Shown here: positions 10,803 to 21,441 of the stretch, in pieces
Numbering within the stretch: the stretch's first letter is position 1
How the letters are laid out: each line of letters begins with the position of its first letter
NCBI GenBank assembly: GCA_044375955.1
Contig: JBILLS010000002.1
Coordinates: 17,690-81,689 of the forward strand
DNA from: Candidatus Nanopelagicales bacterium
GTDB taxonomy: Bacteria > Actinomycetota > Actinomycetes > S36-B12
DNA: 64,000 bases
Direction of reading: 5' to 3'
The notes under the pieces: model-generated
Databases searched by the model: none
The model's input: only the letters and a program-made list of their open reading frames with translations
Told to the model about the DNA's origin: nothing
Position numbers and translations under genes: made by a program

Positions 10803-12560
10803 ATGTTGACAACTCTTTTGGTCCTAGCGACCTGGCTGATCGCGGGGGTCGCTATTGTCGGTATCGGCTTGTTGGTACCACGTAGGTACCGAATGGCCCG
10901 GAATCCCAGGTCCGATTTACTTTCGGCGATTTGGGCGGGAACGGCGGGCGTAGTCATCCTTGTCCTGATTCTTAATTTTTTCCTTCCCATACGGAGCTTG
11001 GTAGTCGGGCTTATTCTGGGGGCGCTGGGCGGACTGGGCGCGCTTCGCTTCAGCACGTGGATGTCGCGACATCGTGGGATATTGCAACATCGCTTCAATG
11101 ATGCTTGGCAAGCTCGGCGATGGGCTGTGCTTGCCTTTCTTGCCCTTGTAGTTTTAGGAATTTGGGCTTGCGCTCAGTGGGCTGCCGGAGAGCCTACCGA
11201 CGCTGATCTTGGGCTGTACCGACTAAATCTCGTTCTATATTCATCGGACTACACGGTCATCCCGGGGCTTGCGAATCTGCATGAAAGATTCGGCTTCGGG
11301 TCGAGCGTGTGGCCACTAGCCGCAACTTTGGGGAATTTTGGATGGGGTGCTGAGGGCTACCGGCTTCTTACCGGTGTAGTCGTTTTCCTGACGGGCTTGA
11401 CCTTGTTGATAAGAATCCTAATCCCGCGCAAGGGGGGAGCGACTACTGGCGACTACTTCCTAGCGATTGCCGTAATCTTTAGTGCCGGTATCGGACTCGG
11501 TGATCCAGGAAGATGGATTTCCAGTCCCAACCAGGACATGCTATTTCTTCTCGTTGGGGCCGTCGCCGTTAGTTTTTTCCTGGATTGGATTGAGAGCGGA
11601 AGTCACGATCGCTCACTAGCGTGGTCCGCCATAACGGTTGCTGCAGTCTGCGGCTCAGTGCGCCCACTTGGCTGGATCCTGTTCGGCGGGATTGGGATCA
11701 TTGCCATCGTTGTGTCAAGGACAAGAAGCAGCTCTTGGTCCGAGACGAGGGAATTCGTTGGTCACGCATGGGCTATGCCTGCAGCACTTCTTGCCGTAAT
11801 GTGCCTCCGTGACGTAATCGCCACCGGGTGGCTGTTCTACCCCATGGCGATGATCCGTTTTCCAGTCGACTGGGCAACACTCAACCCGTCGCCCGTAGCC
11901 CTAGCCATCACTGCCTACGCTCGAGGTCCTCAAATGGATGTTGGTGAAGCGTTGCGAGAAAGCACGTGGATTGGGCCTTGGACGTCCGTTGCGATCCGCA
12001 GTTGGGAGATCAAGGCATTCGGGGCTCTCGTAGTAATTGCCTGCCTACCAGTGCTCTGGAAATCTGGGCGAACGGCTTGGCGTACCGTCTGGAGACCCGC
12101 AACGTTATCAAGTGTGCCCAGTCTGGTCCTTGGGGGAGTATGGCTTTTTTCGGCTCCCGACCTGCGCTTCGGCTGGATGGCACTCATTGGAACGGCCGGG
12201 GTGGCATGCGCATTCCTCTTCGGTACCGATGCCTACAATGAGGGGCAATTGCGTGCGGTCGGGGTAACAGCGATTGCGATGTCACTATATGCGGCTGCCC
12301 AAGGTGGTTGGCTGGCGCCAAGAGGGGCAGAGCCAAGACCAGTTTGGTGGACTCTGGGCCCCTTGGTTGTACCGATTGAGTTGACCCCACATCGATCGGT
12401 GGGCACAACTCCCGGAACTCTCGGTGACGGATCACCATCAATTCACCCCGCGGAATCGGAACAATGTTGGAGCAACTTCCCTGTTTGCCTGTTAACTGGC
12501 GCAGGCAGCGATGTTGAGATGAGGGGAACAACAATTCAGGACGGATTTAGACGGATGTAG
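10803..12560 (+). CDS. Polytopic membrane protein (LIC_10190-like), putative GT-C fold
   Basis: DADLGLY, PGLANLHERFGFGSS, TGWLFYP and SAPDLRFG motifs; many TM segments. Start set at ATG 10803 (MLTTLL). Confidence 0.65.
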   Translation: MLTTLLVLATWLIAGVAIVGIGLLVPRRYRMARNPRSDLLSAIWAGTAGVVILVLILNFFLPIRSLVVGLILGALGGLGALRFSTWMSRHRGILQHRFNDAWQARRWAVLAFLALVVLGIWACAQWAAGEPTDADLGLYRLNLVLYSSDYTVIPGLANLHERFGFGSSVWPLAATLGNFGWGAEGYRLLTGVVVFLTGLTLLIRILIPRKGGATTGDYFLAIAVIFSAGIGLGDPGRWISSPNQDMLFLLVGAVAVSFFLDWIESGSHDRSLAWSAITVAAVCGSVRPLGWILFGGIGIIAIVVSRTRSSSWSETREFVGHAWAMPAALLAVMCLRDVIATGWLFYPMAMIRFPVDWATLNPSPVALAITAYARGPQMDVGEALRESTWIGPWTSVAIRSWEIKAFGALVVIACLPVLWKSGRTAWRTVWRPATLSSVPSLVLGGVWLFSAPDLRFGWMALIGTAGVACAFLFGTDAYNEGQLRAVGVTAIAMSLYAAAQGGWLAPRGAEPRPVWWTLGPLVVPIELTPHRSVGTTPGTLGDGSPSIHPAESEQCWSNFPVCLLTGAGSDVEMRGTTIQDGFRRM

Positions 12561-12862
12561 GGGGATCAAACCAAAGTTCAGCGTTGCCTACTTTTAGCGA
12601 GATAGGTGAAGGCTGCGTCCAGCTGTGTGGTGGTGCCGATTGGGTATGGCTTAATACACAATTTCGTATCGGGTGCCGTGGCAGCTGGCGGCCTATAGTT
12701 TTCAAAACCAGCAACTGCCATTCAAGAGAGCTTTTGGCAGCAGCGGCGCCCTGTGTCGAGTCAATCAGCAAGCCAAGTCTCACCACACCAAGAGACGCAG
12801 ACAATGCTGAAGCGACAGACAGCAACAATTCCAACTCTGGACAATTATCCTGTGGGCTTCCT

Positions 12863-14949
12863 TCATCTGAGAAGCTCAGCAAGGAGGCCAGACATCATTG
12901 TACTTGCGTCATGAGTGATGTGCGTACCGTCTAAGTAAAGCCAGTTGTTCCCCCTACTCGTGGAGCAGACTCCATCTTCGCACAAGAAGTCACGCAGCTG
13001 GATACTCGATCCGCCCTTCTCTTGGACAAGGTTTCCGATCTTGATTTCGAGGTCCAATGTCTCCTCCTCGACGCTGTTGAGGTCACGCTTCATCCCGCAG
13101 GATTCGATGGAGATCAACGCTTCAGCGGTGGAACACTGGGATGGATACCAGACCCAAGACGCGTCAAGAGTCTGCGGAAATCCGGGTGTCGGCAGCACTA
13201 CATGCACCTGATGGCCTGCATGATTGAGTTGATTGATGGTTTGCCCCAGTGCGTTGAGGTAAGCTGTTGTTCTATCGGGAGTTGTCGAGGCGGTCTCATA
13301 AAGCTCACCTGTATCGAGTTGAGCACCTCCCATGGTGGTGTAGCCGAAGGAGGATGCCAGAATCACCTCTCCCGGTTCGGCTTCAGACACAAGCCAGTCA
13401 AGGCTTTGCTGGACAAACGTCGTGCATTCTTGGTCTTCGCGGCCCTCAAGAATCAGACTTGCATCAATAAATGGGCAGGCACCGAGTGTTCCCGGGAACA
13501 CGGTTCTCCCAAGGATTTCACCCGCTCCGAGGGCGCCTTCGCTGAGCATGCCCGCCATGGAATCACCAGCAAGGTAAATCGGAGCACCAGGCGCATCGGT
13601 GTTCCACACGCACTCCGCCGAGCGATTCCCCATAGGTGTGGGTGTGTCGCAGCCTGTCGATTGCCAGAGATGGATTGCTGAGACTTGATCATCCATGCTC
13701 CTGAGCTCCGAGTTCCACCAGTTTGCACGAGCTCCAAAAAATAGAGCGGTCGCAGCGACACCGACTACAACGATTGAGCTCACAGCAAGAGTCGATGCCT
13801 TCGCCCTGGCCAAACGCATCTGAAATCGAATGGGATTTTCAACGAAGCGGAGGGTGAGGATGCGAGACCCAGACTCGCAAGAGCTGCCGTCAGCGTGACA
13901 GAGAGTCCCTCGCCGAATACAAGCACGGAGAACGCGATGAGTGGCCAGTGCCATAAGTACCAGGAGTACGAGACATCACCAAGACGGGTCAGGGGTCGTG
14001 AAGCTAGGAGACCCCGGCAAGCTGTCGCTGACAAACTCCCGCCGGTGATCGCTAATGCAGTTGAGAGCACGGGGAGTAGTGCCACGTAACCGGGAAAGAC
14101 GGATGCCTCGGAAATAAGAAATGCGCTCGCAAGCATTCCGAGTGTTCCGAGGATAAGGAGCGCTGCGCCGAGTCCGGGTTTTTGAGTCTTTGTCTCGTAA
14201 CCAAAAACCAAGAAGACAAGAGCGCCAACAGCAAACTCCCATGCACGTGTGGGAGATGAGTAGAAAGCAAACCAGTCAGGATCGCTGAAGCGCCAACCAA
14301 TCACCCCGTAGCTCATACCGAGTGAAAGAAGAAACGATGCGAGGGCCACGATTGCAATCCCCACGATTACGCCAACGTTGCGAGATCAAGGGTGACTCGT
14401 TGCTAGTTTTCTGTTTCTTCGAACTAAGGCCCACAAGGCGAGAAGAAGCAAAGGGAAGACGAGATAGAACTGTTCCTCAACAGACAATGACCATGTGTTG
14501 AGTAGGGGATTGTTTGTTGGCGGCGTGGCGAAGTAATTGCCCGAATTGAAGAAGATAACTGCGTTGGCAGCCATGAGCATGGCGCCCATGCCCGTAAGTG
14601 CGGTGACCTCCTGTTGACGATCAAAAGGTGAGCCAAGAGCGAATGACAAGAGGAGGGTAATTAGTACAACCAGGGCAAGTGCAGGCAAGAGTCGTCGAAT
14701 GCGTCGGGCATAGAAAACTCGGAAACTATTGGTGCCGGTATGACTAAGTTCGCGAACAAGAAGACCAGTAATCACAAAACCTGAAATCACGAAGAATATG
14801 TCCACCCCAACAAAACCGCCCGGGAGAGGAAGGCCGGCATGATAGAGGACAACGAGAAGAACAGCAATTCCGCGCATTCCCTGAATGTCATACCGCGTGG
14901 TGTGACTTCGGAGGACTTCGCTAGGTGTTCGTTTCTCCGGCACGCTCAC
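12863..14949 (-). pseudogene. Disrupted acyltransferase-3 plus SGNH O-acyltransferase (OafA/OatA-like)
   Basis: Three ORF pieces join into one protein: RYDIQGMRGIAV..YH, GGFVGVDIFFVISGFVIT, WSLSVEEQFY; then TRAWEF, LGDVSYSWYLWHWP; then GDSMA and DGTH (SGNH). In-frame TGA at 14386-14388 and a 1-nt frameshift near 13861. Confidence 0.85.
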
Positions 14950-14986
14950 GCTGACATGGTAACTCAGTGTGGCGAATGCTCTTGAT

Positions 14987-17194
14987 CTATTGGCACACAG
15001 AGTCTTGCAGTCTGGCAAGAATGACGGTGTCATTTTCACTTACAACTGACGCATAGGGTGCCCAATTTCGCGATTCCGTTCGCTGGGGATCTATCCACAG
15101 CCAGGTCACTCGGCCCTCACAGAGCGGGGCGGGACTTGATTGTGATGGGGAGTCAATAAAAGCCCACGAGTCACGTTCATTCTTGAGAAGTTGAGGAAAG
15201 AGCGAGGGTCTTCCATAGGGCCCTTGGTAAAGGATGCCGGAGACAAACGTTGGCATGTGTGTGAGTGCGGATACTTGCGGACTGAGCGTGACATTCGTGG
15301 CAATGATGTCCGTGGGGACGGCGTTCTCTCGCAGCCACGTGGCCGCCTCAAGTTCTTCCGATGAAAGTTCAAAATCAACGACTTGATCGATGCCGGGTGT
15401 TCGGTCGACGTTGTTGGTGCTGAACCACTCACTCCTTATTCCATTAGTGAGGTATCCCGCTTGATTCGTGCCGACGGCAAGAAGTCTTCCTGGCACCGCT
15501 GAGAGCACGAGGATGATTACGGTGGCTGCGGCGGTAGCTTTGGAGAGCCTCGAAGATTTATTCCACGTTGCGATAAGCCAACCAAGAGAGACCGCAAGCA
15601 CAAAGGCAAGGATGGGAGCCCCCCACCGCAAAGTCGGGACGAAAAGATTCCCCCCCGAAGCGCCGGTATTCCAGGCTGCGACGACAACGACCACAGTGAT
15701 CGCTGAAGCCAGAAGCAGCGCAAGTCCCTGGGATTGTGGCCTGCGTATCCCCCCCTTCGCGAATGCCTTGCCGGCAAGTCCTACGCCTACAGCGGATGTG
15801 ACGGCAAGTGGGGCACTAACTGTGACGCTGAACCAGATTTCGTTGAAGCCGTTGAATGCAATGATTGCGCCAAGGCTGCTTGCTAGGAGACCGAAGGAAT
15901 ACCATGTTTCAGGTCGATGCCGCCATCGCGGACTGACGATGAGCCAGGTGATTCCAGCCCATCGAGGCAGCACTGCGAGAACGAGAATCACGGTTCCGAG
16001 AATCACGCCGCGAGGCCCGTCAAGTGGATTAAGGCCTTGTTGGCTAGAGGCTTTGTCGATGAGCGACCCAAGCGTGAGGCCACCACCTCCATTCGCGCCA
16101 GCAATGAAGAAGGCGAATGCAATCGCAGCACCTAACGCGGTTACCCCGGAAAGAGTCAGTGCGCGAGGCCATGTAGTGGTGTGTTGCCGCGCCAAGACGA
16201 ATGCCATCACCAGCACTCCCGCAACTGCGGGCGCGGCGGCGCTGACCTTTCCCCCCATGAGGGCAAACGTCATAAGGAAAATCAGTAGCAGGAGATTGAG
16301 TGACAGCCGGGCTCGTCTAATTGCAGCGATGATCAGGATCGAAAACCCAATGAGCCACAAGGCCGACATCGACTGAGATGGTGAATCCATCGTAAGGATT
16401 CCACCGAAGACAGCACCGGTGAATCCACCAAGAGTAAGTAGTGCACCGGCGAGCAAAGGTGTCCACGAGACACGGGAAAGGCGCCGCGTCCAGCCCACCA
16501 CTAGGGCCGCGGAACCAACCAAAGTTGTGAGGGGCAGGAGGCGTGTGAGAGCAATGAACGGATCAGCCTGTGCCATTACCGAGAGTTGTCCTGCCCAGGC
16601 GTAACTCAACCAGTGGTAACGAAGAATTCCTTCAGCAATGAATGGACTCGTGAACGCGCCTTCGCGGGCAAGTGAATGTGAGATTGCCTCAAAGAAAGGC
16701 ATATCGGGGTGGTAACCGGCCCACGTGCCTTCCCATGCCAAGGGGTAGAGGCGCAAGGAATAGATGATGATGGCAAGCCCGAGCGCGAGCGTTGCAAGAA
16801 ATGCAACAAGCACGTGTCGATCAACACGGACGTGTTGTGTGGATGGAGTCTCGTACTTCCTCGTTGGAGTCTTTCGCGATTGCAGCAACGTGCCGATCAC
16901 GATCAGCGCGGTGGGTACTAACGCTCCCCAAGGGCCCAGTCCGATGGTGGCCGTCACCACACCAGCAAGCGCCGCGAGCGCTGTTCCCAGTGCGATGCCC
17001 ATGCCGAGTGTTTCCAGGTGTCCGCTACTTGGTCGCACTCGTTTCCACAGAATGCCTCCACCCACTGACTGCCAGATGACGCCCACCAGGAGTAGTAGCG
17101 CTGTGACGGGCGGCACTGCGAAGGTAACGAGGAAGATGAGCGAGCCGAGAAGAAGCAGGGCAACGCTGGGTGCCATCCCTAACTTTCTGCTCAT
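14987..17194 (-). CDS. Large polytopic membrane protein, putative GT-C glycosyltransferase
   Basis: 735 aa with many TM segments; YHPDMPFF and LRYHWLSYAW loop motifs; C-terminal soluble domain (AATWLRENAVPTDIIATN). Confidence 0.6.
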   Translation of the reverse strand: MSRKLGMAPSVALLLLGSLIFLVTFAVPPVTALLLLVGVIWQSVGGGILWKRVRPSSGHLETLGMGIALGTALAALAGVVTATIGLGPWGALVPTALIVIGTLLQSRKTPTRKYETPSTQHVRVDRHVLVAFLATLALGLAIIIYSLRLYPLAWEGTWAGYHPDMPFFEAISHSLAREGAFTSPFIAEGILRYHWLSYAWAGQLSVMAQADPFIALTRLLPLTTLVGSAALVVGWTRRLSRVSWTPLLAGALLTLGGFTGAVFGGILTMDSPSQSMSALWLIGFSILIIAAIRRARLSLNLLLLIFLMTFALMGGKVSAAAPAVAGVLVMAFVLARQHTTTWPRALTLSGVTALGAAIAFAFFIAGANGGGGLTLGSLIDKASSQQGLNPLDGPRGVILGTVILVLAVLPRWAGITWLIVSPRWRHRPETWYSFGLLASSLGAIIAFNGFNEIWFSVTVSAPLAVTSAVGVGLAGKAFAKGGIRRPQSQGLALLLASAITVVVVVAAWNTGASGGNLFVPTLRWGAPILAFVLAVSLGWLIATWNKSSRLSKATAAATVIILVLSAVPGRLLAVGTNQAGYLTNGIRSEWFSTNNVDRTPGIDQVVDFELSSEELEAATWLRENAVPTDIIATNVTLSPQVSALTHMPTFVSGILYQGPYGRPSLFPQLLKNERDSWAFIDSPSQSSPAPLCEGRVTWLWIDPQRTESRNWAPYASVVSENDTVILARLQDSVCQ

Positions 17195-17278
17195 GTGAGC
17201 ATCCCTGGGTGGAGGGGCAAACTAACCCCCAAGACCCGACGGGGTTCACGGGTCATGGAGCTAGCCATTTGCCCAGCG

Positions 17279-17290
17279 TAGGGTGCTCTC
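17279..17290 (+). promoter_or_regulatory. Putative leaderless -10 element for the rfbG operon
   Basis: TAGGGT (TAnnnT) lies 6 nt before the GTG start at 17291; no Shine-Dalgarno sequence. Confidence 0.45.
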
Positions 17291-18319
17291 GTGCGTGTGC
17301 TGGTGACTGGACATACCGGATTCAAGGGCTCATGGCTCACGCTGCTCCTGAAGGAGCGTGGTCACGCAGTTTCAGGACTGGCACTGGATCCGGAGCCAGG
17401 ATCCCTCTTCGACAAGGCTGAACTTTCGGAACTATTGGCGGATGACATCCGCTGCGATATCCGTGACGCCGAGGCAGTTCGTAGTCATGTGGGGCGGCTT
17501 CAGCCTCAGGTGGTGATCCACCTCGCCGCACAACCACTTGTGCGTGCTTCCTATGCGGATCCTCGGGGATCAGTCGAGACCAATGTGATGGGCACGCTGT
17601 CCGTCCTCGAAGCCATCTCGGGCACTCCCTCAATAAAAGGCGCAGTGATTGTCACCACCGACAAGGTCTATCGAAATGTGAATCAACAAGCCGGATATGA
17701 CGAGGGTGATGCCCTGGGGGGCGACGATCCCTATAGCGCATCGAAGGCGATGGCAGACATTCTTGTTTCCTCGTGGACACGCAGTTTTGATCCGTGCCCG
17801 GTTGCGATTGCGCGGGCTGGAAACGTGATTGGCGGCGGCGATATCAGTGCGGATCGTCTCTTCCCCGACATCATCAGATCTTTTGTGAACTCAGAACCTG
17901 TTGTCCTGAGATATCCCGATGCAGTGCGCCCGTGGCAGCATGTTCTGGACTGCCTGTCTGGCTACGTGATGCTCATGGATGAGCTTGTGTTGGGCTCCGG
18001 ACAAGGGTCATGGAATTTCGGACCCGATGCCCAGTCGTTCCGCACCGTTCGTGAAGCAACCGAATTCGCCATAGATTTGTGGCCGTCTGATGCAGGATGG
18101 CAGGCACCTGCCAGCGAGCATCTTCATGAGGCCCATCTACTCACACTCGACTCGACCAAGGCACGCCGTGAACTCGGGTGGAGCGACAGACTGAACTTTG
18201 AGGAATGCGTGGAGTGGACGCTCGACTGGGAGAAGGCTGTGGCCAACGGGGCCAATGCACGTGAAGTAACCGTGGCTCAGATCGCTGCTTTCAATGCTCG
18301 TGGAGGCCAGAGCTCATGA
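17291..18319 (+). CDS. rfbG: CDP-glucose 4,6-dehydratase
   Basis: VTGHTGFKGSWL, HLAAQPLVR, TTDKVY, DPYSASKA, RAGNVIGGGD and RPWQHVLD motifs. Confidence 0.95.
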   Translation: MRVLVTGHTGFKGSWLTLLLKERGHAVSGLALDPEPGSLFDKAELSELLADDIRCDIRDAEAVRSHVGRLQPQVVIHLAAQPLVRASYADPRGSVETNVMGTLSVLEAISGTPSIKGAVIVTTDKVYRNVNQQAGYDEGDALGGDDPYSASKAMADILVSSWTRSFDPCPVAIARAGNVIGGGDISADRLFPDIIRSFVNSEPVVLRYPDAVRPWQHVLDCLSGYVMLMDELVLGSGQGSWNFGPDAQSFRTVREATEFAIDLWPSDAGWQAPASEHLHEAHLLTLDSTKARRELGWSDRLNFEECVEWTLDWEKAVANGANAREVTVAQIAAFNARGGQSS

Positions 18320-19077
18320 AGGCTGTACTGCTCGCGGGTGGACTTGGCACTCGCATGCGCGAGGAGACCGAGTACCGACCCAAGCCCATGGTCGAAGTGG
18401 GAGGCAAACCGATTCTCTGGCACATCATGCGAAACCTTGCCCACTTTGGAGTCACGGACTTCGTCATCGCTTCGGGCTACAAGAGTGAAGTTATTGATGC
18501 GTACTTCTCACAAAGCAGTGACTGGGTTGGAGTGATCGAGGAGAGATCGAACGCCCGGAAGTTTCGGGGAACTGGTGATGAAGGCGATTGGACGGTGACG
18601 GTTGCCTTCACAGGGGATGAGACTCCTACCGGAGGGCGTGTCGTCCGTGTTCGCGAACTGCTAGACGGTGAGCGTTTCTTTGTCACCTATGGTGATGGCC
18701 TCGCCGATGTCAACATTGATCAGTTGATTAATGTTCATGAGCGCTCGGGCCGACTCGCCACACTCACCGCTGTTCAGCCAACGAGCCGATTCGGTCTCAT
18801 GGACGTCGATGAGACTGGTGCTGTCAGTCACTTCCGCGAGAAGCCCAAGATGAAGGACTGGGTCAGCATAGGCTTCTTCATCTTCGAACCTCCCGTGCTC
18901 GACTATCTGGTAGCTGAGGGAGGCTTGGAAGAAGAGGGACTGACGAGGCTCGCCGCCGATGGTCAGCTGTCTGCCCACAAACATGAAGGTTTCTGGCAGC
19001 CCATGGACACCTATCGGGAATACCTGATCTTGCAAGAACTCTGGGAATCAGGGTCAAGCCCGTGGAAGGTCTGGTGA
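18316..19077 (+). CDS. rfbF: Glucose-1-phosphate cytidylyltransferase
   Basis: LAGGLGTRMREET..RPKPMVE, TGGRV, TYGDGLAD, GFWQPMDT and C-terminal PWKVW. Confidence 0.93.
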   Translation: MKAVLLAGGLGTRMREETEYRPKPMVEVGGKPILWHIMRNLAHFGVTDFVIASGYKSEVIDAYFSQSSDWVGVIEERSNARKFRGTGDEGDWTVTVAFTGDETPTGGRVVRVRELLDGERFFVTYGDGLADVNIDQLINVHERSGRLATLTAVQPTSRFGLMDVDETGAVSHFREKPKMKDWVSIGFFIFEPPVLDYLVAEGGLEEEGLTRLAADGQLSAHKHEGFWQPMDTYREYLILQELWESGSSPWKVW

Positions 19078-19081
19078 CGGG

Positions 19082-19633
19082 ATGAAGGTCACGTGGACTC
19101 CGCTCCCCATACCTGGGCTACTTCTCTCAGGGGGCGCTAGCGTCACTGACGCTCGGGGATCATTCACCAAGGTTTTGTCAGGATCTGATCCGGCACTTGG
19201 AGACTTCGTGGGACGCGAAATCTACTGGACGTCCTCGGTTCGTGGAGTCTTACGTGGGCTGCACTTTCAGTTGCCTCCCGAAGCTACCCAGAAACTGGTC
19301 TTTGTTGTCTCCGGAGCCGTGAGGGACTTCGTGGTGGACCTGCGCAAGGGATCTCCCGCAGAGGGGCAACTCTTCGAGATTGAACTGAACGCCACTGTCG
19401 GAGCGATCCTTATACCCGCGGGATGTGCTCACGCCTACGAGGCGCTTGAAGATCACACGGTCGTGTGTTACGCCCAAGACCTCCCTTTTGGTGATCCGAA
19501 CAGTTATGCAGGAATTCGGGCCGACTCCGCGGGCATTGTTCCTGTCAGCAATTCGCCCATTGTCATGCCAAGGGACCTTGAATACCCGGCATTGGCTGAG
19601 TTTGATTCCCCGTTCGTCTTTGAGAACGCATGA
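19082..19633 (+). CDS. NDP-4-keto-6-deoxyhexose 3,5-epimerase (RmlC/RfbC family)
   Basis: DARGSF, RGVLRGLHFQ, VDLRKGSP and IPAGCAHAY cupin motifs. Confidence 0.88.
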   Translation: MKVTWTPLPIPGLLLSGGASVTDARGSFTKVLSGSDPALGDFVGREIYWTSSVRGVLRGLHFQLPPEATQKLVFVVSGAVRDFVVDLRKGSPAEGQLFEIELNATVGAILIPAGCAHAYEALEDHTVVCYAQDLPFGDPNSYAGIRADSAGIVPVSNSPIVMPRDLEYPALAEFDSPFVFENA

Positions 19634-20435
19634 TATTTGCGCGTGGAGCTCGCGGCCGAGTTGCACTGGTTCCCAATCAATGGAGTGGTTCCGTGCAGCA
19701 GTACTACCACTTCCTGTCGGGGTATTTGGCGCCGATCATGTTGTGGCAGGACTCGCGCCCGGCGCGCGCAATCACGGTGCGCGATTGCGGGCCTATGAAT
19801 CGCTGGTTTTCATTGATCCCACCTGATACTGACGTTGATATCATGAATGTTGGGCACTTTCTTCACGTGTTTGCAGGAAAGTTGCAGCCATGCCATGTCT
19901 TGCGTGGCCTGGACTTCCCTCAGGAGTTCGATGCCGCGAAACTGGGCAGATTCCGCGAGTTGAGCATTGGTCGCGCCGCAGACAGGAAAGTCAGCACGGA
20001 GCCGCCTGCCCGGGTCACTGTGATCGATCGGCTTATGTCTGACAGGTTCTATTCCTCGAGTGAGTCCGAAATCGATATGGCGGGAGCGCAGCGTCGCTCC
20101 GTGCCGAATCTGAGTGACTGGGCTAACAAATTGAGTGTGGATGTCCCACTCGGGGTTTTCGAGATGACAGAGCTCGAGGTGAACGACCAGATTGCCTTGG
20201 CGGCAGACACGCGGGTTCTCGTTGCCCAGCAGGGTGCCGGCCTGCCCTACATGGTTTTCATGAGACCCGGCGGGGTGGTGGTGGAGATTCACCCCCTCTG
20301 CCCCAGGAGGCCGTCGATACCTTCGCGCTCCTCGCCAGGGCTTGCGGGCACACCTTCGTACGGGTTCCGCAACCACATGTCCACGGAAATGTCGATGAGC
20401 AAGCCCCGACCGAGGCAGTTCGCCCGTATCTATGA
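19630..20435 (+). pseudogene. GT61/DUF563 glycosyltransferase with an apparent 1-nt frameshift near 20292-20296
   Basis: YYHFL, QRRSVPN, DQI...VLVAQQGAGL..MVFMRPGGVVVEI. Adding one C to the C5 run restores ..PLPQEAVDTFALLARACGHTFVRV.., ending TGA 20433-20435. Confidence 0.65.
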
Positions 20436-20543
20436 ACTACTTGGATGTCAGTCGATGAACTGAGTCGGGCTGGTTTCTGTCCCGGATGGTTCTCGCCCGA
20501 CCGAGCGGGAACCTGTGTGATGTGTGCGTGAGAAGGTACCGGT

Positions 20544-21437
20544 GTGCAGATCCTCTTGGCGGGTGCCACGGGTGCTGTCGGCTCATCCTTGTCCCGCGCT
20601 TTGGCGTTGCAGGAGGTCAGAGTCATACCCCTCACCTCCCGCCTAGGGAGCGGGACACCACGCGGGGTTCTAGATCTCCCTGCCGCACTTGAGGCCCTGG
20701 GCAGCGGTGGAATCGACGCCGTCGTCAATGCGGCGGGCCCAGGAGATCATCGAGCCGAGCAGCGTGAGGTTGAACCGTTCTCTCGCGACCTGACTCACGG
20801 GTCGTCCCGAGCAGGCGTCCCGGCAGTCCTCATTTCGACACTCCGGGTGTGTGAGGGCGCGACCGCAGCGCTTGGCGATGACCAGCCAACCAGTCCGACC
20901 ACGACGTACGCGACAGCAAACGCAGACCACGAAGAAGTGTGGATGGAAGGTGACACGGCCGTCGTGCTGCGTCTGGCGAACTACTTCTGTTTGCCGAGAG
21001 GCCCTGAGTCCCCCCAGAGGAAATTGCTCCCATGGTCTCTGCTCGTTGAGGGGTGGGAAACGGGTCACATCGCCGTCCGATCTGAGGCCTCGGTGACGAG
21101 AGAATTCGTGAGTGCCGACGATGCCGCCCGGGCGATCGTGGCCGTTATTGGAGAGAGGCCTTTTGGACGTAGGCTGGCCACGCTTCCCGGGCTCTCACTG
21201 TCCTTACGAGACCTGGTGGATGCCTCGATCGGTGCTCTTGCATCATCAGGGGTTCCCTGCACCGCATCTTTCGGTCAGGAGACTCAGCCTCTGAGGCCGG
21301 TATCAACCGGAGGTTGGCTTGCGTCGCGCGGCTGGGAAAGTCGGCTATCCCTGGCCGAGATGCAGCGGTCGATGCGCTCCTGGCTGATTGAATGGGGACA
21401 GCACCTGCCCACGAAATGCCGTCCAAAGGAGTCCTGA
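20544..21437 (+). CDS. NAD-dependent epimerase/dehydratase/reductase (extended SDR)
   Basis: LAGATGAVGS Rossmann motif, VNAAG, LRLANY, REFVSADDAA; follows the CDP-sugar genes. Confidence 0.75.
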   Translation: MQILLAGATGAVGSSLSRALALQEVRVIPLTSRLGSGTPRGVLDLPAALEALGSGGIDAVVNAAGPGDHRAEQREVEPFSRDLTHGSSRAGVPAVLISTLRVCEGATAALGDDQPTSPTTTYATANADHEEVWMEGDTAVVLRLANYFCLPRGPESPQRKLLPWSLLVEGWETGHIAVRSEASVTREFVSADDAARAIVAVIGERPFGRRLATLPGLSLSLRDLVDASIGALASSGVPCTASFGQETQPLRPVSTGGWLASRGWESRLSLAEMQRSMRSWLIEWGQHLPTKCRPKES

Positions 21438-21441
21438 GCCC

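Noticed and set aside
12561-12862. Short ORFs (12547-12882 minus, 12584-12934 plus) in a convergent gap
   Set aside because: No motifs or RBS, and they overlap neighbouring genes; treated as non-coding.
14386-14388. In-frame TGA as selenocysteine or recoding
   Set aside because: It lies in a non-catalytic loop, the gene also has a frameshift, and many other genes here use TGA as a normal stop.
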